In this document: positions 19,188 to 28,448 of the stretch, piece after piece
Numbering within the stretch: the stretch's first letter is position 1
Layout: every line of letters begins with the position of its first letter
Virus record (IMG/VR): IMGVR_UViG_3300032608_000348
Length of the DNA: 64,000 nucleotides
Strand: one strand, 5' to 3'
Source: an uncultured virus (IMG/VR IMGVR_UViG_3300032608_000348)
Taxonomy: Duplodnaviria; Heunggongvirae; Uroviricota; Caudoviricetes
Notes under the pieces: model-generated
The model's input: only the letters and a program-made list of their open reading frames with translations
What the model was told of the DNA's origin: nothing
The model's database searches: none
Made by a program: the position numbers and the translations under genes

Positions 19188-21290
19188 TTATCTGTAAACA
19201 CGCCCCCGCAACTTGTAGATTGTCTCATGCCGACAATTCCCATCACACTGCAAGCTCCCGATAGGCGGGATGCTTTGTGAAGGTGCCCATCCCATAGCCA
19301 TCACCGCACTACAGTCTAGGCAAGTAGTAATGTCATCAGGGCCTTCATACCGCGCCAATACATCCACGCCAATAATGCGCCCTGTTTTCCAATCCCGCCG
19401 CAACTCAATCTCCGCCTTTTGTGCAGAGGGCAACAGCTTATTCCAGATAGATGTGAGATGCGCAAAGTTGGCCCAAAACGCATAGACGCTGCCTGCGTAC
19501 AAGCTAGTTCTATAGCGGAAAGCAGCAAGCAATCCCACGATAGCCAGTGCGATAGCCGTTTTCTTTGTGGCTTCTTGCTTTAGCCGGCGTCGTTCAGCAA
19601 CCACCTGCTCCTGAATAGCAGGTAAAAGGCGATCCTGAATGTACCCGTTCTGTTCCTCTAGCACCGCCAGGATTGCTCTCAGTCCCTCTATTGACAAGGG
19701 CTGTCCCGTCTCCTTATCCCAAGTGGAAAATAGGCCCCGGTGAATCCTTCTCAACATTGCCGCTGAAAGCCCCGCCAGCGCAAGCGCAATGATGGATTCC
19801 CATTCACCTTCATCTTCCTCTTCAGCCAATCCCTCAGCTAGTTCTCGCGCAAAAGCATCATAATCACGCATCAAGAGTTTGGCAACTCTGCCAGAATATT
19901 GATCGGCATCGTGTTGCCCAAAGTTTTCAGCGAATTCGGAAAGTTCTTCTTGTTCTTCCTCATCTTTCTCTTCATCATCCTCTTCTTCTTCCTCTTCCTC
20001 TGGTTCTGGTTTTTCTTTTGGCTCCCCTGATTCAATAGGAACAAGCGCCATTGGGGGCTTGAACGTAATGCCAGGTTCAGTGATTTCCTGCAACCCAATC
20101 TGGCGGCGAACCTGGTTCTCAGTCTCCATATCGTAACTCAGCGCACCAGAGTTGAATAGGCTGGCAATAACGTCGGCGAAATCACCTATGTCAATCTTGG
20201 TGATGGGGGTGAAATACACAGATGGCAGCCCCGTAATGCCAGGGAAGGCGTTTAGGTCAAAGAGGCGCGGGACACCGTGCCGAGTGATGACGTTGGCGAT
20301 TTTCTTAAGGTACGCATTTAGGCTACGAGTGTACAGTGTGGATTTGTCCTTGTGCATCGCCCAACTGCCCTGGTCACCGCCGCCTAGCATGATAAAGTCC
20401 ATCATGAGTGTGCGGGCCAAGTCCCGCCTGTGCCGGGTGATGACCCCGCCAGTGTCAATGGCCGGCCCTGAACTTGGCACAGCATACCCGAACTCAAAAC
20501 CCGCTGGGAGCGTCAAGCCCATATCCTCAGCAGTCTTGATGTTTCGCACAACTCGCTTGGCCCTTTCCAGGTCTGAACTTGAGCTAGAGTCAGTAGTTGC
20601 TCCTTCAGGCAGCTTGATGAACGGAGTCCCGGCCATTCGTTCAATAATTATCGCCTCTTGAATCGTTAGGTTCTTGGCGAAAAACCAGGATGCGTAACCC
20701 CGATCCAGAATGGACTGCCCTTCAGGGTTATTTTTCCCCATCCCTGTCGTGGTAAAGTGCAGTAGTTTTTCAATGGGGATAGGGATTTCTTTGTAGTCGG
20801 GTGGCCCTGACTGTATCATCCCAGTCACCCCGCCGTGGGCATCAAAGACCCACCCAGACAACGTTACGGGATGCCGGGGTGCCCACTTGCGCCACCCGAT
20901 GCGCCCATCATCAAACTGGCTCTTGGACCCGTCCCGTCGCCAGTACACCGTCTCCATATCAAAAAAGCCATAGGGCAAAAAAAGTACGATGTCAGACATT
21001 GTTTCGGCCCAAGATTTGGTCATGTCAACCAGCGCCGATTCCAAGAACTCTGCGGCGTCCATGTCGGCGCGTGACGTACTGACAGCCTCTACCCGTGGCT
21101 CTGTGTTGCACATAAACATTGAGGTGGTGCCTACCATTGCGGCAACGGTGGGATCATAGCGGTACATCTCATCATATACCTTGATGCGCTTGCTGGAAGT
21201 GTTGAGCGCGGCGATCCAGGTTTCATGAACCATGCCGCCGTAATGTTCCAAGCCAGTCACGCCAAGTTCACCAAATCTTTCTGCCATCAT
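19188..21290 (-). CDS. Phage portal protein (DUF935/Mu gp29-like) fused to a MuF-like head morphogenesis domain
   Basis: NPEG.SIL..Y..W..K portal motif, acidic linker, C-terminal D..TC.DC...PP.....C..NCR; follows the terminase. Confidence 0.85.
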   Translation of the reverse strand: MMAERFGELGVTGLEHYGGMVHETWIAALNTSSKRIKVYDEMYRYDPTVAAMVGTTSMFMCNTEPRVEAVSTSRADMDAAEFLESALVDMTKSWAETMSDIVLFLPYGFFDMETVYWRRDGSKSQFDDGRIGWRKWAPRHPVTLSGWVFDAHGGVTGMIQSGPPDYKEIPIPIEKLLHFTTTGMGKNNPEGQSILDRGYASWFFAKNLTIQEAIIIERMAGTPFIKLPEGATTDSSSSSDLERAKRVVRNIKTAEDMGLTLPAGFEFGYAVPSSGPAIDTGGVITRHRRDLARTLMMDFIMLGGGDQGSWAMHKDKSTLYTRSLNAYLKKIANVITRHGVPRLFDLNAFPGITGLPSVYFTPITKIDIGDFADVIASLFNSGALSYDMETENQVRRQIGLQEITEPGITFKPPMALVPIESGEPKEKPEPEEEEEEEDDEEKDEEEQEELSEFAENFGQHDADQYSGRVAKLLMRDYDAFARELAEGLAEEEDEGEWESIIALALAGLSAAMLRRIHRGLFSTWDKETGQPLSIEGLRAILAVLEEQNGYIQDRLLPAIQEQVVAERRRLKQEATKKTAIALAIVGLLAAFRYRTSLYAGSVYAFWANFAHLTSIWNKLLPSAQKAEIELRRDWKTGRIIGVDVLARYEGPDDITTCLDCSAVMAMGWAPSQSIPPIGSLQCDGNCRHETIYKLRGRVYR

Positions 21291-21325
21291 CTCCTCCAAT
21301 TCAGTCCAGCACTGGACTGATTTTA

Positions 21326-21991
21326 TTACGTGTATTCTAATAACTCCATTGCCGCCCCGTGGTGCGTCCAGAACAACTCGTGTTGCCGCTTTGTCATCTC
21401 AGTACGCCAGCTTCCAGATTGCCCCTTGCGGAAGAATTCAGGCCAGTAGTTGTGTAGATGCTCAAACTCTGGCATGCTCTTCCCCGTAAGTTCATACGGC
21501 AAGCCCAAGCTGTCCATTGCTTGGATTGTTGCTTCCAGCGGGGACTGAATCAAGTCTTCATATCTGATAATAGTGACAGGATAAGGCACGTTTCCTTGCC
21601 AACTGAATGCGTGACTACTCCAGTTGTGACGTGAATCAGTAATCAGGCTGGTCAGCATATCCCGAAACCTTTCTTTGTGTTTCTCAATCGTTAGACGATA
21701 GTGGGCATAAGACACCATCGCATCGCGCCCATCTCTCACGACTTGTATGGCTGCCTCACCACTGCGATGATTCTTCGCTCTGTGATGTGTCTTGACATAG
21801 TGTGTTTGGTCATCATATTGCCAAGTGCCGATGTCCGCTATCTGGCAGTGACCCACGATTCCCCCCACACGGGAAGCCAATGTCCCGTCCCCGTGGTGAA
21901 TAGATGCTGTCTGAATACCCATCAAACAGCATAAAGATGTGCGAAACAATGTATTCCCACTACGAGGATATGACGCCAGCCAGACTATCAT
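21326..21991 (-). CDS. Sulfotransferase (Sulfotransfer_1)
   Basis: WLASYPRSGNT, KTH, VRDGRD..VSY, FFRKG.SG.W. Confidence 0.9.
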   Translation of the reverse strand: MIVWLASYPRSGNTLFRTSLCCLMGIQTASIHHGDGTLASRVGGIVGHCQIADIGTWQYDDQTHYVKTHHRAKNHRSGEAAIQVVRDGRDAMVSYAHYRLTIEKHKERFRDMLTSLITDSRHNWSSHAFSWQGNVPYPVTIIRYEDLIQSPLEATIQAMDSLGLPYELTGKSMPEFEHLHNYWPEFFRKGQSGSWRTEMTKRQHELFWTHHGAAMELLEYT

Positions 21992-21992
21992 T

Positions 21993-23642
21993 TTAATACG
22001 GAGCCCACTTTCCGCCTTTCCCGCTAATCCCTTCCCACCATCCCGCCTGAGTCTCGGTGTCAGGGAATCTCGCCGGGCGTGGCGCAGGCCCGCCCATATA
22101 CGCATACTCAAGCGCGTTTGGGCTGTGGCTGAAAGGCATATCAGGCTTGCCCCGATCAAACGTCCCATCCTGATGCTTTTTGCAGTGGTAGCCCTTGCCC
22201 ACGGAAGTTATAAGGTCCTTGCAAGAAGGATCAACCCACAGTGATACATTTCCCTGGGCATCACGAAACGCATCGCGCACTTGCCCGATGCGGTATGCAA
22301 TGTTGCGCCCATCTGGAGGAACAATCTTTCCATTCAGTCCTATTGTTTGCCAATCAGCGGCCTCATCAGCGGCGGAATGCTCCATCCAGAAAACCTCAAT
22401 GTTAAGTCCGAATTGCTCACGCACATTGCGGCGCAACTCAGCAGCGGCGCTCCGAATCATGGACGGCGTAGACCCATCATCGGCCCATTCCGCAATGATC
22501 CACCGAGCACGCCGTCCGTTTGGCAGAACTTCTGGTGCTTCTACCATCACTTCAATACGGCCCTTCCAGCGCAGGTCAATGCCAGCAAATGCCTTCCACT
22601 TTGATATGTCTACCCCTTCTGGCGGGAATTGTTTAACATGCACGTCTTTGTTGAACGCGCTGTAGACCATCCCCATAGATGTGCCGCGCAGAAGAAGCAT
22701 CTGCAAGGCAAACATTTCCATATCAGTGGTCATCAAGATTTTATCAGTGGCATCACTGTAGGGATAGTGCCCGTCAGCCTTGGCCCCGCGTCCCTTGCAC
22801 AATTCCTCTTCCGCACCGCTGAAGGGATTTATCCAGAGATAGAACGGGCAATCTTGGCATTGCTTTGGATATGAGTGCTCACAGCCTTGCATTACGTCAA
22901 AGATGTCATACTCATATACGGCAATCCCGCGTTCTGGGGCTTGGTCTAGCATGGTTTGCAGTGCGCCGTAATAGGCGTACTGGCTAGACCCCATTATTGT
23001 TTGCGCCCCGTACATGCCTTTAGAGATAGGCATTTGCAGCGCGGTGTCTAGTGTTGTCATCTGGATATGGTCTAGTTCATCAATCCCCAGTAGATTGGGG
23101 TGAGGGCCAGAGACACTTTTAGCAGACCCGCCAGTGCGAATTTCCAGTCGCGACCCGTTCTTCAACGCAGTTTTAGAGACCATCGGCTCACTTGCCAATA
23201 AATCACTAAAAGCAGGGCGTCGGATAAAGCCAGTGAACCCTTCTTTGGTAGGATCACCTGCAAAGTAAGCGTACCCTTGTCTGGCCTGAACCTCTGTCCC
23301 TCCTATATGGACTATATCACTCCCTGGCTTGAATATGACGTTCAAAAGGTAAATAGCTATGAGGGAAACAGTTTTCCCCCCGCCTCGGTTTGCGCGTACC
23401 AACGCTTTGTCTTCGCGCTCAAAGTATATGTCAGACAGAAACTCAAAGGGCGCTCTGTGTCCATCCTTCGTCACTGTACGAGCGTAGCGCAGGCCCAGAA
23501 CGTCCCGCAACCACTCCCAGAGTTCGTCATCCGTTTTCGGGCGGTTCTTGGCTTTCCTCAATTTCCGGCGGTCCTGTTCCGTTTCCATCGCCGTCAGCAT
23601 TTCCTTGAGTAATGTCAGAGAAACGTCCTTCGATGATGTCAC
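21993..23642 (-). CDS. terL: Terminase large subunit
   Basis: ANRGGGKT Walker A, IDELD Walker B, GIDL RNase H-like nuclease domain. Confidence 0.85.
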   Translation of the reverse strand: MTSSKDVSLTLLKEMLTAMETEQDRRKLRKAKNRPKTDDELWEWLRDVLGLRYARTVTKDGHRAPFEFLSDIYFEREDKALVRANRGGGKTVSLIAIYLLNVIFKPGSDIVHIGGTEVQARQGYAYFAGDPTKEGFTGFIRRPAFSDLLASEPMVSKTALKNGSRLEIRTGGSAKSVSGPHPNLLGIDELDHIQMTTLDTALQMPISKGMYGAQTIMGSSQYAYYGALQTMLDQAPERGIAVYEYDIFDVMQGCEHSYPKQCQDCPFYLWINPFSGAEEELCKGRGAKADGHYPYSDATDKILMTTDMEMFALQMLLLRGTSMGMVYSAFNKDVHVKQFPPEGVDISKWKAFAGIDLRWKGRIEVMVEAPEVLPNGRRARWIIAEWADDGSTPSMIRSAAAELRRNVREQFGLNIEVFWMEHSAADEAADWQTIGLNGKIVPPDGRNIAYRIGQVRDAFRDAQGNVSLWVDPSCKDLITSVGKGYHCKKHQDGTFDRGKPDMPFSHSPNALEYAYMGGPAPRPARFPDTETQAGWWEGISGKGGKWAPY

Positions 23643-24153
23643 TAAAATCTCCTGTCTCTCCCGTGCGCAGTTTCTGTGTTACCAGTTCCATCGCTCGTGA
23701 CAGCATCTCGTCACTCACGTCACCAAAGTTGAATGTAGTGCTGTGGTCAACGTTCTGTACAGCCTCAATATGCTGCTGGTGTACTGGTCCCTGTGCGATT
23801 TTCCGAATCTCGCTAATAACGTCAACGGGGTCCTTGCCCGTTAGGGCAACGCCCCTCTTTATCCGCCTGTCAATAGCATCCTCATAGATTTTCTGAAGCT
23901 GTGCTAGTTGAACAGCAGTGTTGGCAAGTGGGTAGGCTTCAATAACGCGGCGCTCATATTCTTCTTTCCAAAGAGGGACAAGGCCGCCGTCCAACTGTGA
24001 AAGATAGGACAGGGAACAGCCAAGCCGCTTAGCAATTGCCTTCTTTTCCCCGTGGGGAACAAACCCGCCGTAGTCATTAATGACTACCTCTAGGTATTGT
24101 TGTTGTAGGTCTGAAAACCCCTCACGCTTTTTCCGTAACGCTCTGAGTGCCAT
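23527..24153 (-). CDS. Putative terminase small subunit
   Basis: N-terminal HTH (IAKRLGCSLSYLS) directly upstream of terL. Confidence 0.6.
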   Translation of the reverse strand: MALRALRKKREGFSDLQQQYLEVVINDYGGFVPHGEKKAIAKRLGCSLSYLSQLDGGLVPLWKEEYERRVIEAYPLANTAVQLAQLQKIYEDAIDRRIKRGVALTGKDPVDVISEIRKIAQGPVHQQHIEAVQNVDHSTTFNFGDVSDEMLSRAMELVTQKLRTGETGDFSDIIEGRFSDITQGNADGDGNGTGPPEIEESQEPPENG

Positions 24154-24173
24154 AGGTTCCCCTCTTATCACCT

Positions 24174-24260
24174 ATCTTAGCAGATTCAAGGGCTAATGTC
24201 AAGTGTGGCTAAACTTGTTTACGCTAAAGGCTTGACAAGATGATAGAAGTGTGGTACAAT
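24174..24260. promoter_or_regulatory. Divergent sigma70 promoters
   Basis: Minus strand TTGACA(24202-24197)-N17-TAAGAT; plus strand TTGACA(24232-24237)-N17-TACAAT; both have TG extensions. Confidence 0.75.
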
Positions 24261-24298
24261 TGCTTGTGTTGGGAAAGAAACTATCTTCTTCCCCAACA

Positions 24299-24482
24299 AG
24301 CACGGACTGGGAGGCGTGGCGCTTATGACACGCAGGGGCTGTCCCCATGGGGGATGATGATATAAGTTGGGTTAGCGCCCAATGAACTGTCATGGCTCAG
24401 ATGCCAGAATAACAATACTGGTAGGGCTTCGTCCTAACGGAATTGGCCGTAGCTAGGTGAAAGACTGGCCCCAGTCCGTGCT
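24299..24482 (+). ncRNA. Putative multibranched structured RNA (unit 0)
   Basis: 13-bp closing stem AGCACGGACTGGG/CCCAGTCCGTGCT with several internal hairpins; ends repeated at 25468-25585. Confidence 0.55.
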
Positions 24483-24502
24483 AAACATGAAGGAGGAAAA
24501 CG

Positions 24503-24703
24503 ATGCATGATAGACAATGGCCCAGGGCGGCACTGGAAGAAGCCGCCGACGCGGTGGCGTTTGACCTGCCGGAGAAGTGGCCCGGCCGGATCACTGATCT
24601 CCTGGAGCGTCTCCAGGACGAGACCGACGCCGAACACTATGAAGAATTTCTGCGCTGCGTCAAGGGCGCGATAGGCGCCCGACTGGAGGATGGACGATGG
24701 TAG
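24503..24703 (+). CDS. Small hypothetical protein; paralog of 25609..25890
   Basis: AGGAGG RBS; shared C-terminus YEEFLRCVKGAI.ARLEDGRW. Confidence 0.7.
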   Translation: MHDRQWPRAALEEAADAVAFDLPEKWPGRITDLLERLQDETDAEHYEEFLRCVKGAIGARLEDGRW

Positions 24704-24915
24704 AACTTGAACTGCTGGAGAAAGCATTGCAAATGGAGAGGGAAATCGCCAGTCATCTCATGGTTGACGATCCGCAACCTCAAATCTGGAAGGAACTGTT
24801 AGAGGCATTTAGTTACACAAACGGGTTGATACAGGCGATGAAAGATACGCAACGTCATTGCTCCACCTGTCGCACGCCAACCGATGGCGCCCGACTGGAG
24901 GATGGGAGTTGGTAG
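24697..24915 (+). CDS. Small hypothetical protein; partial paralog of 25884..26291
   Basis: MVELE start and CSTCR.PTDGA motif. Confidence 0.55.
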   Translation: MVELELLEKALQMEREIASHLMVDDPQPQIWKELLEAFSYTNGLIQAMKDTQRHCSTCRTPTDGARLEDGSW

Positions 24916-24925
24916 GCTATATTGA

Positions 24926-25585
24926 CTGGGCCAAGCCTGTGATGTGGCTACCTCCCCTGGCACTACAGGATGGCAGGGGAATAGTAGTTCCCTAATTAGA
25001 TAGTGCGAGGGAACGAAACAGCCCCTCGACCCAGACGGGCCACTGTGGGCAGGCAAGGTGAGGGCGTGACGGTAGCGAAATATCACGTCAGCGGGTGGGG
25101 AGGACCTACCGCATAGCTAAGTGGAATGACGCTATGACCGTCCAGTGAGAATCTGGCTCACCTTTGCACGACCTTAACGAGGCGCGGGCGGCGTTGCTGG
25201 ATGAAACGCCTGCCCCTGGGACACCGGAGCAAGCACTCTGCTGAACAGGGTAGGATGGCTATGGTCCAGGTAGGCCATCACTGGCCGGATCGAGACCGGC
25301 CCCGCGCCAACCTTAACAGAGAGTGCGGTCAAGCCGGGCCACGAGAACGTGGCAAGCACAGAGAACCAGAAGGGAAAGCCACAGGGCAAAGGGTATAATT
25401 GCTCGAACTGTGCTTCGGTAACGGGTGCAATATCCAAGGCTGGCTACATGGTGCACCGACCGCAAACAGCATGGACTGGGAGGCGTGGCAGCGCAGACGT
25501 GCGTACTCAAATGCCACTGCCTGGGGATGGGACGCGACGTATATAGCTAGGTAGCCAGGCGGGGAACCTGGCCCCAGTCCGTGCT
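24926..25585 (+). ncRNA. Putative array of five multibranched or tRNA-like RNA domains
   Basis: Consecutive closing stems enclosing 2-4 hairpins each; no credible ORF. Confidence 0.55.
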
Positions 25586-25608
25586 AACACGAAGGAGGAA
25601 ATAACAAA

Positions 25609-25890
25609 ATGAAATGTCCAGACTGTGGAGAATACAACTTTCCTAATTTTAAGAAGCATCGCTGCTCAGGTCGACTAGAGGAAGCGATAACTGATAGACA
25701 ACAACTTATAGAGACACTGAATGAAGCTGCGATCATAATGCAAGCTGGGTGGATGCCAACGAGATGGGCAAGCTGGCTTGGTTATCTCTTAGAGGCACTC
25801 CAAAAGGACACCGACACTGAGTACTATGAGGAATTTCTGCGCTGCGTCAAGGGCGCAATCACCGCCCGGCTGGAGGATGGAAGATGGTAG
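25609..25890 (+). CDS. Small hypothetical protein with N-terminal CxxC
   Basis: AGGAGG RBS; paralog of 24503..24703. Confidence 0.7.
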   Translation: MKCPDCGEYNFPNFKKHRCSGRLEEAITDRQQLIETLNEAAIIMQAGWMPTRWASWLGYLLEALQKDTDTEYYEEFLRCVKGAITARLEDGRW

Positions 25891-26291
25891 AACTTGAAAT
25901 GGTAAGGCTGGCAAGAACACACCTTGAGAAAGACCACATGCTGGCACTGTTCATGGTGCGCGACTTGCAAGTTGTAGAGGACATGGAGTTAAATGATCTT
26001 GTCTGGTCAATGCACCAGAATTATTGCGTGCGCAGTGAGGTCGCCTGGCTACTCGATGAATTAGAGGCATACCTGGTGAAACAGACGCGATATTGCTCCA
26101 CCTGTCGCATGCCAACCGACGGCGCTCCGCTGTGCAACCGGTGCGCCCGGCCAATGCGACGCGACTGCAAGGTGACACGCCTAGCAATCATTGCCAGGGC
26201 CGGCGTCGGAAGTGGGACAATCCGCAACCTGCGGCGGGACGAGGCGCTGCTGGAGGGACAGGCCGAATGGGAGGAGGAACACAATGCTTGA
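25884..26291 (+). CDS. Zinc-ribbon hypothetical protein
   Basis: CSTC...CNRC. Confidence 0.6.
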   Translation: MVELEMVRLARTHLEKDHMLALFMVRDLQVVEDMELNDLVWSMHQNYCVRSEVAWLLDELEAYLVKQTRYCSTCRMPTDGAPLCNRCARPMRRDCKVTRLAIIARAGVGSGTIRNLRRDEALLEGQAEWEEEHNA

Positions 26292-26601
26292 CCTGAATGA
26301 GATTGTGGCGGCTTGTGAATCACTGACTTGTGATGAGCATAGAGGCTGGACCGAGGGAGAGAGCTTCATCACCCGCGCCCGCGCCTGGCTGCCCGCGCTG
26401 GTGGAGGAACTGACGCAGGCCCGCGAGGAACTGGCCGCTGTGAATGAAGTTGTGAGCGAGTTCTATGCACCATCGTGGGAATATATGCAGCCAGAGATTG
26501 GACGCCTGCGGGCCGAAATTGAGCGCCTGCGGACAGAAAGCAAGCATTGCCTTGAGCCCGGCTTCCAGGATGGCAATACACTGATAGCAGCGGGCATCTG
26601 A
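26284..26601 (+). CDS. Ead/Ea22-like phage protein
   Basis: FITRAR..LPALVEEL followed by coiled coil; GGAGGA RBS. Confidence 0.55.
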   Translation: MLDLNEIVAACESLTCDEHRGWTEGESFITRARAWLPALVEELTQAREELAAVNEVVSEFYAPSWEYMQPEIGRLRAEIERLRTESKHCLEPGFQDGNTLIAAGI

Positions 26602-26650
26602 AATCACTCCAGCGCTGGATAGATTTGTACCGTGAGGGGGAAAAACGACT

Positions 26651-26956
26651 TTGTTGAAGAATGAAGTCAATAGACAGAATTGGATAGCCGTCATACACCG
26701 TGACAAAGGCAAGTGCGTCATTTGTGGTGAGAGGGCGTGTGATGTTCACGAAATTATCTCCCGCAGCCATTTCGGCACAAAGACAATGCCCATCTGTTTA
26801 TCTGAGAGAAACCGCGTATGCCTCTGTCGTCCCTGTCACAAAAAAGTGCAGGGGCAAGCAGCATGGATGGCGCAGTTGTTGACAATGCTCAAGAGCAAGT
26901 ATGGGTATGATTATCCTGAGCCTGTGTTCAGGCGGTATTTGGGGGGACAAGAATGA
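26651..26956 (+). CDS. Small HNH-like nuclease
   Basis: RD..KCVICG...DVHEI...N.VCLC..CH. Confidence 0.75.
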   Translation: MLKNEVNRQNWIAVIHRDKGKCVICGERACDVHEIISRSHFGTKTMPICLSERNRVCLCRPCHKKVQGQAAWMAQLLTMLKSKYGYDYPEPVFRRYLGGQE

Positions 26957-27324
26957 CAGACAAGGAATTGGATGCGCTGGTTGCTGAGAAAGTGATGATG
27001 TGGAGGCTAACGGCTACTGCGCACTCTGTCAATCTCTGGGTGGACCAAGACAATCTGTTGACAGGCTGGTGTGATAATGAATGGCCTAGCACAGATAATT
27101 GGAGTAATCGTGTGTGGCGTCCGCTAACTGACATAGCGTGTACTTGGCAAGTTGTAAAGAAACTTCTTGAGAGGGAACTAGATTTCTGTTTGTATACCAG
27201 TCATGGAGAATGGATTTGTGAATTGAATATATACTATGTAGATGATGATGAGGCACTTGTTATAGAGAAGGCAGAAACACCAGGGTTGGCAATCTGTTTA
27301 GCAGCGTTAAGGAGTAGGGGATAG
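26953..27324 (+). CDS. Phage ABA-sandwich (BC1872-like) domain protein
   Basis: ELDALVAEKV..W, P..DIA..W.VV, AICLAAL. Confidence 0.7.
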   Translation: MTDKELDALVAEKVMMWRLTATAHSVNLWVDQDNLLTGWCDNEWPSTDNWSNRVWRPLTDIACTWQVVKKLLERELDFCLYTSHGEWICELNIYYVDDDEALVIEKAETPGLAICLAALRSRG

Positions 27325-27325
27325 C

Positions 27326-27784
27326 ATGAGCCATAAAGCAGATAAAGAGCTGGACGCGCTGGTTGCAGAAAAAGTGTTGGGCTGGACGCTTTGGGATGGA
27401 GGCTTTCCTGTCAAGTTTTGGATTGGTCCAGACGGGCTACTGACAGGCTGGTGTGATAGTGATTGGCCTGGAACCGGTGAGTGGGGGGATGCACCAGGGC
27501 TGTTTAGTGACAACGGCGTATGGCGACCACGCATTGATATTGCCGCAACATGGGTGATTGTGAAGGCACTGGCACAAAAAGACTGGCACTTGGTGCTCTA
27601 TGCACCAGGGACTTATACAGATGAAGGACTGGGACCTGGCAAGGGATGGACGGCTTTATTTTACCAAGCCGAGGGTGGTTGGTACAAATGCGAAGGGGCT
27701 TTTGATATTGAAACAGAACACACAGCGATTTGTCTGGCCGCCTTGAAGGCTAAGAAATCACAACAACGGGAGGGAGAATGCTAG
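27326..27784 (+). CDS. Phage ABA-sandwich domain protein; tandem paralog
   Basis: Same motifs as the preceding gene. Confidence 0.7.
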   Translation: MSHKADKELDALVAEKVLGWTLWDGGFPVKFWIGPDGLLTGWCDSDWPGTGEWGDAPGLFSDNGVWRPRIDIAATWVIVKALAQKDWHLVLYAPGTYTDEGLGPGKGWTALFYQAEGGWYKCEGAFDIETEHTAICLAALKAKKSQQREGEC

Positions 27785-28437
27785 AAGACATATACCCAGG
27801 ACCCGTGACGTATAAGAAAGTAACACTAGAAAGACCGCAGAGATTTGGCGATGCCGTGCACATAGCAGATGAACTTGCGATAGATGATTCCAGCCCCTAC
27901 CTTTTGGAATTCGCTAGGCAACGACTAATAGAGCGCTTTGAAACGACTATCACGTTGCGCGGGACTGCCCTTTACAGTTACGCGCGGTTTGCGGGTGACT
28001 GCGATCTTGAAGTAGCCAAGAAACTGTATGCGCCCGTTGTTCAGTATTTGCCAGTTGGCCTTCGTGACCTTGTGCTACTCAAGGTGGAACGCTGGATTAG
28101 GAAGATTGCTTGGAAGGTGGCACGGAAGCGTGTATACAGGGATCAACTCCCTGATTGGCTACAAGCAAAAGAAAAATGTTTCTATACGCTGGGAGTTCGG
28201 GAAGAGCAAGCAAGGGTAGAGCGCATACAAGAAGCCCTGCTGGCCCAGATACACATGCTGAAAGGATTGAAGCTAAAGCCTCAAGCTGTGCTGGCAAGCC
28301 CAGATATTGTAGGTGGCTTGATGGCTTATCAGACAGAGCATCAGCACGCAAGGATGTATGTTCCTGAGAACTTGGAATTCGCAGGGTTGCCCGTCATCAT
28401 GTGCCCAGAACTGATTCAGGGCGCGATTGTAGTCTAG
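27778..28437 (+). CDS. Hypothetical protein
   Basis: Translationally coupled 219-aa ORF. Confidence 0.6.
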   Translation: MLEDIYPGPVTYKKVTLERPQRFGDAVHIADELAIDDSSPYLLEFARQRLIERFETTITLRGTALYSYARFAGDCDLEVAKKLYAPVVQYLPVGLRDLVLLKVERWIRKIAWKVARKRVYRDQLPDWLQAKEKCFYTLGVREEQARVERIQEALLAQIHMLKGLKLKPQAVLASPDIVGGLMAYQTEHQHARMYVPENLEFAGLPVIMCPELIQGAIVV

Positions 28438-28448
28438 GAGGATGACCA

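Noticed and set aside
24926..25585. Group I/II intron, RNase P RNA or tmRNA
   Set aside because: No domain V, P7, GAGGAAAGTCC or tmRNA end signatures recognised, and no gene is interrupted.
26953..27784. DGR template/variable repeat pair in the tandem paralogs
   Set aside because: Differences are mostly synonymous rather than adenine-specific, and no reverse transcriptase is present in the window.
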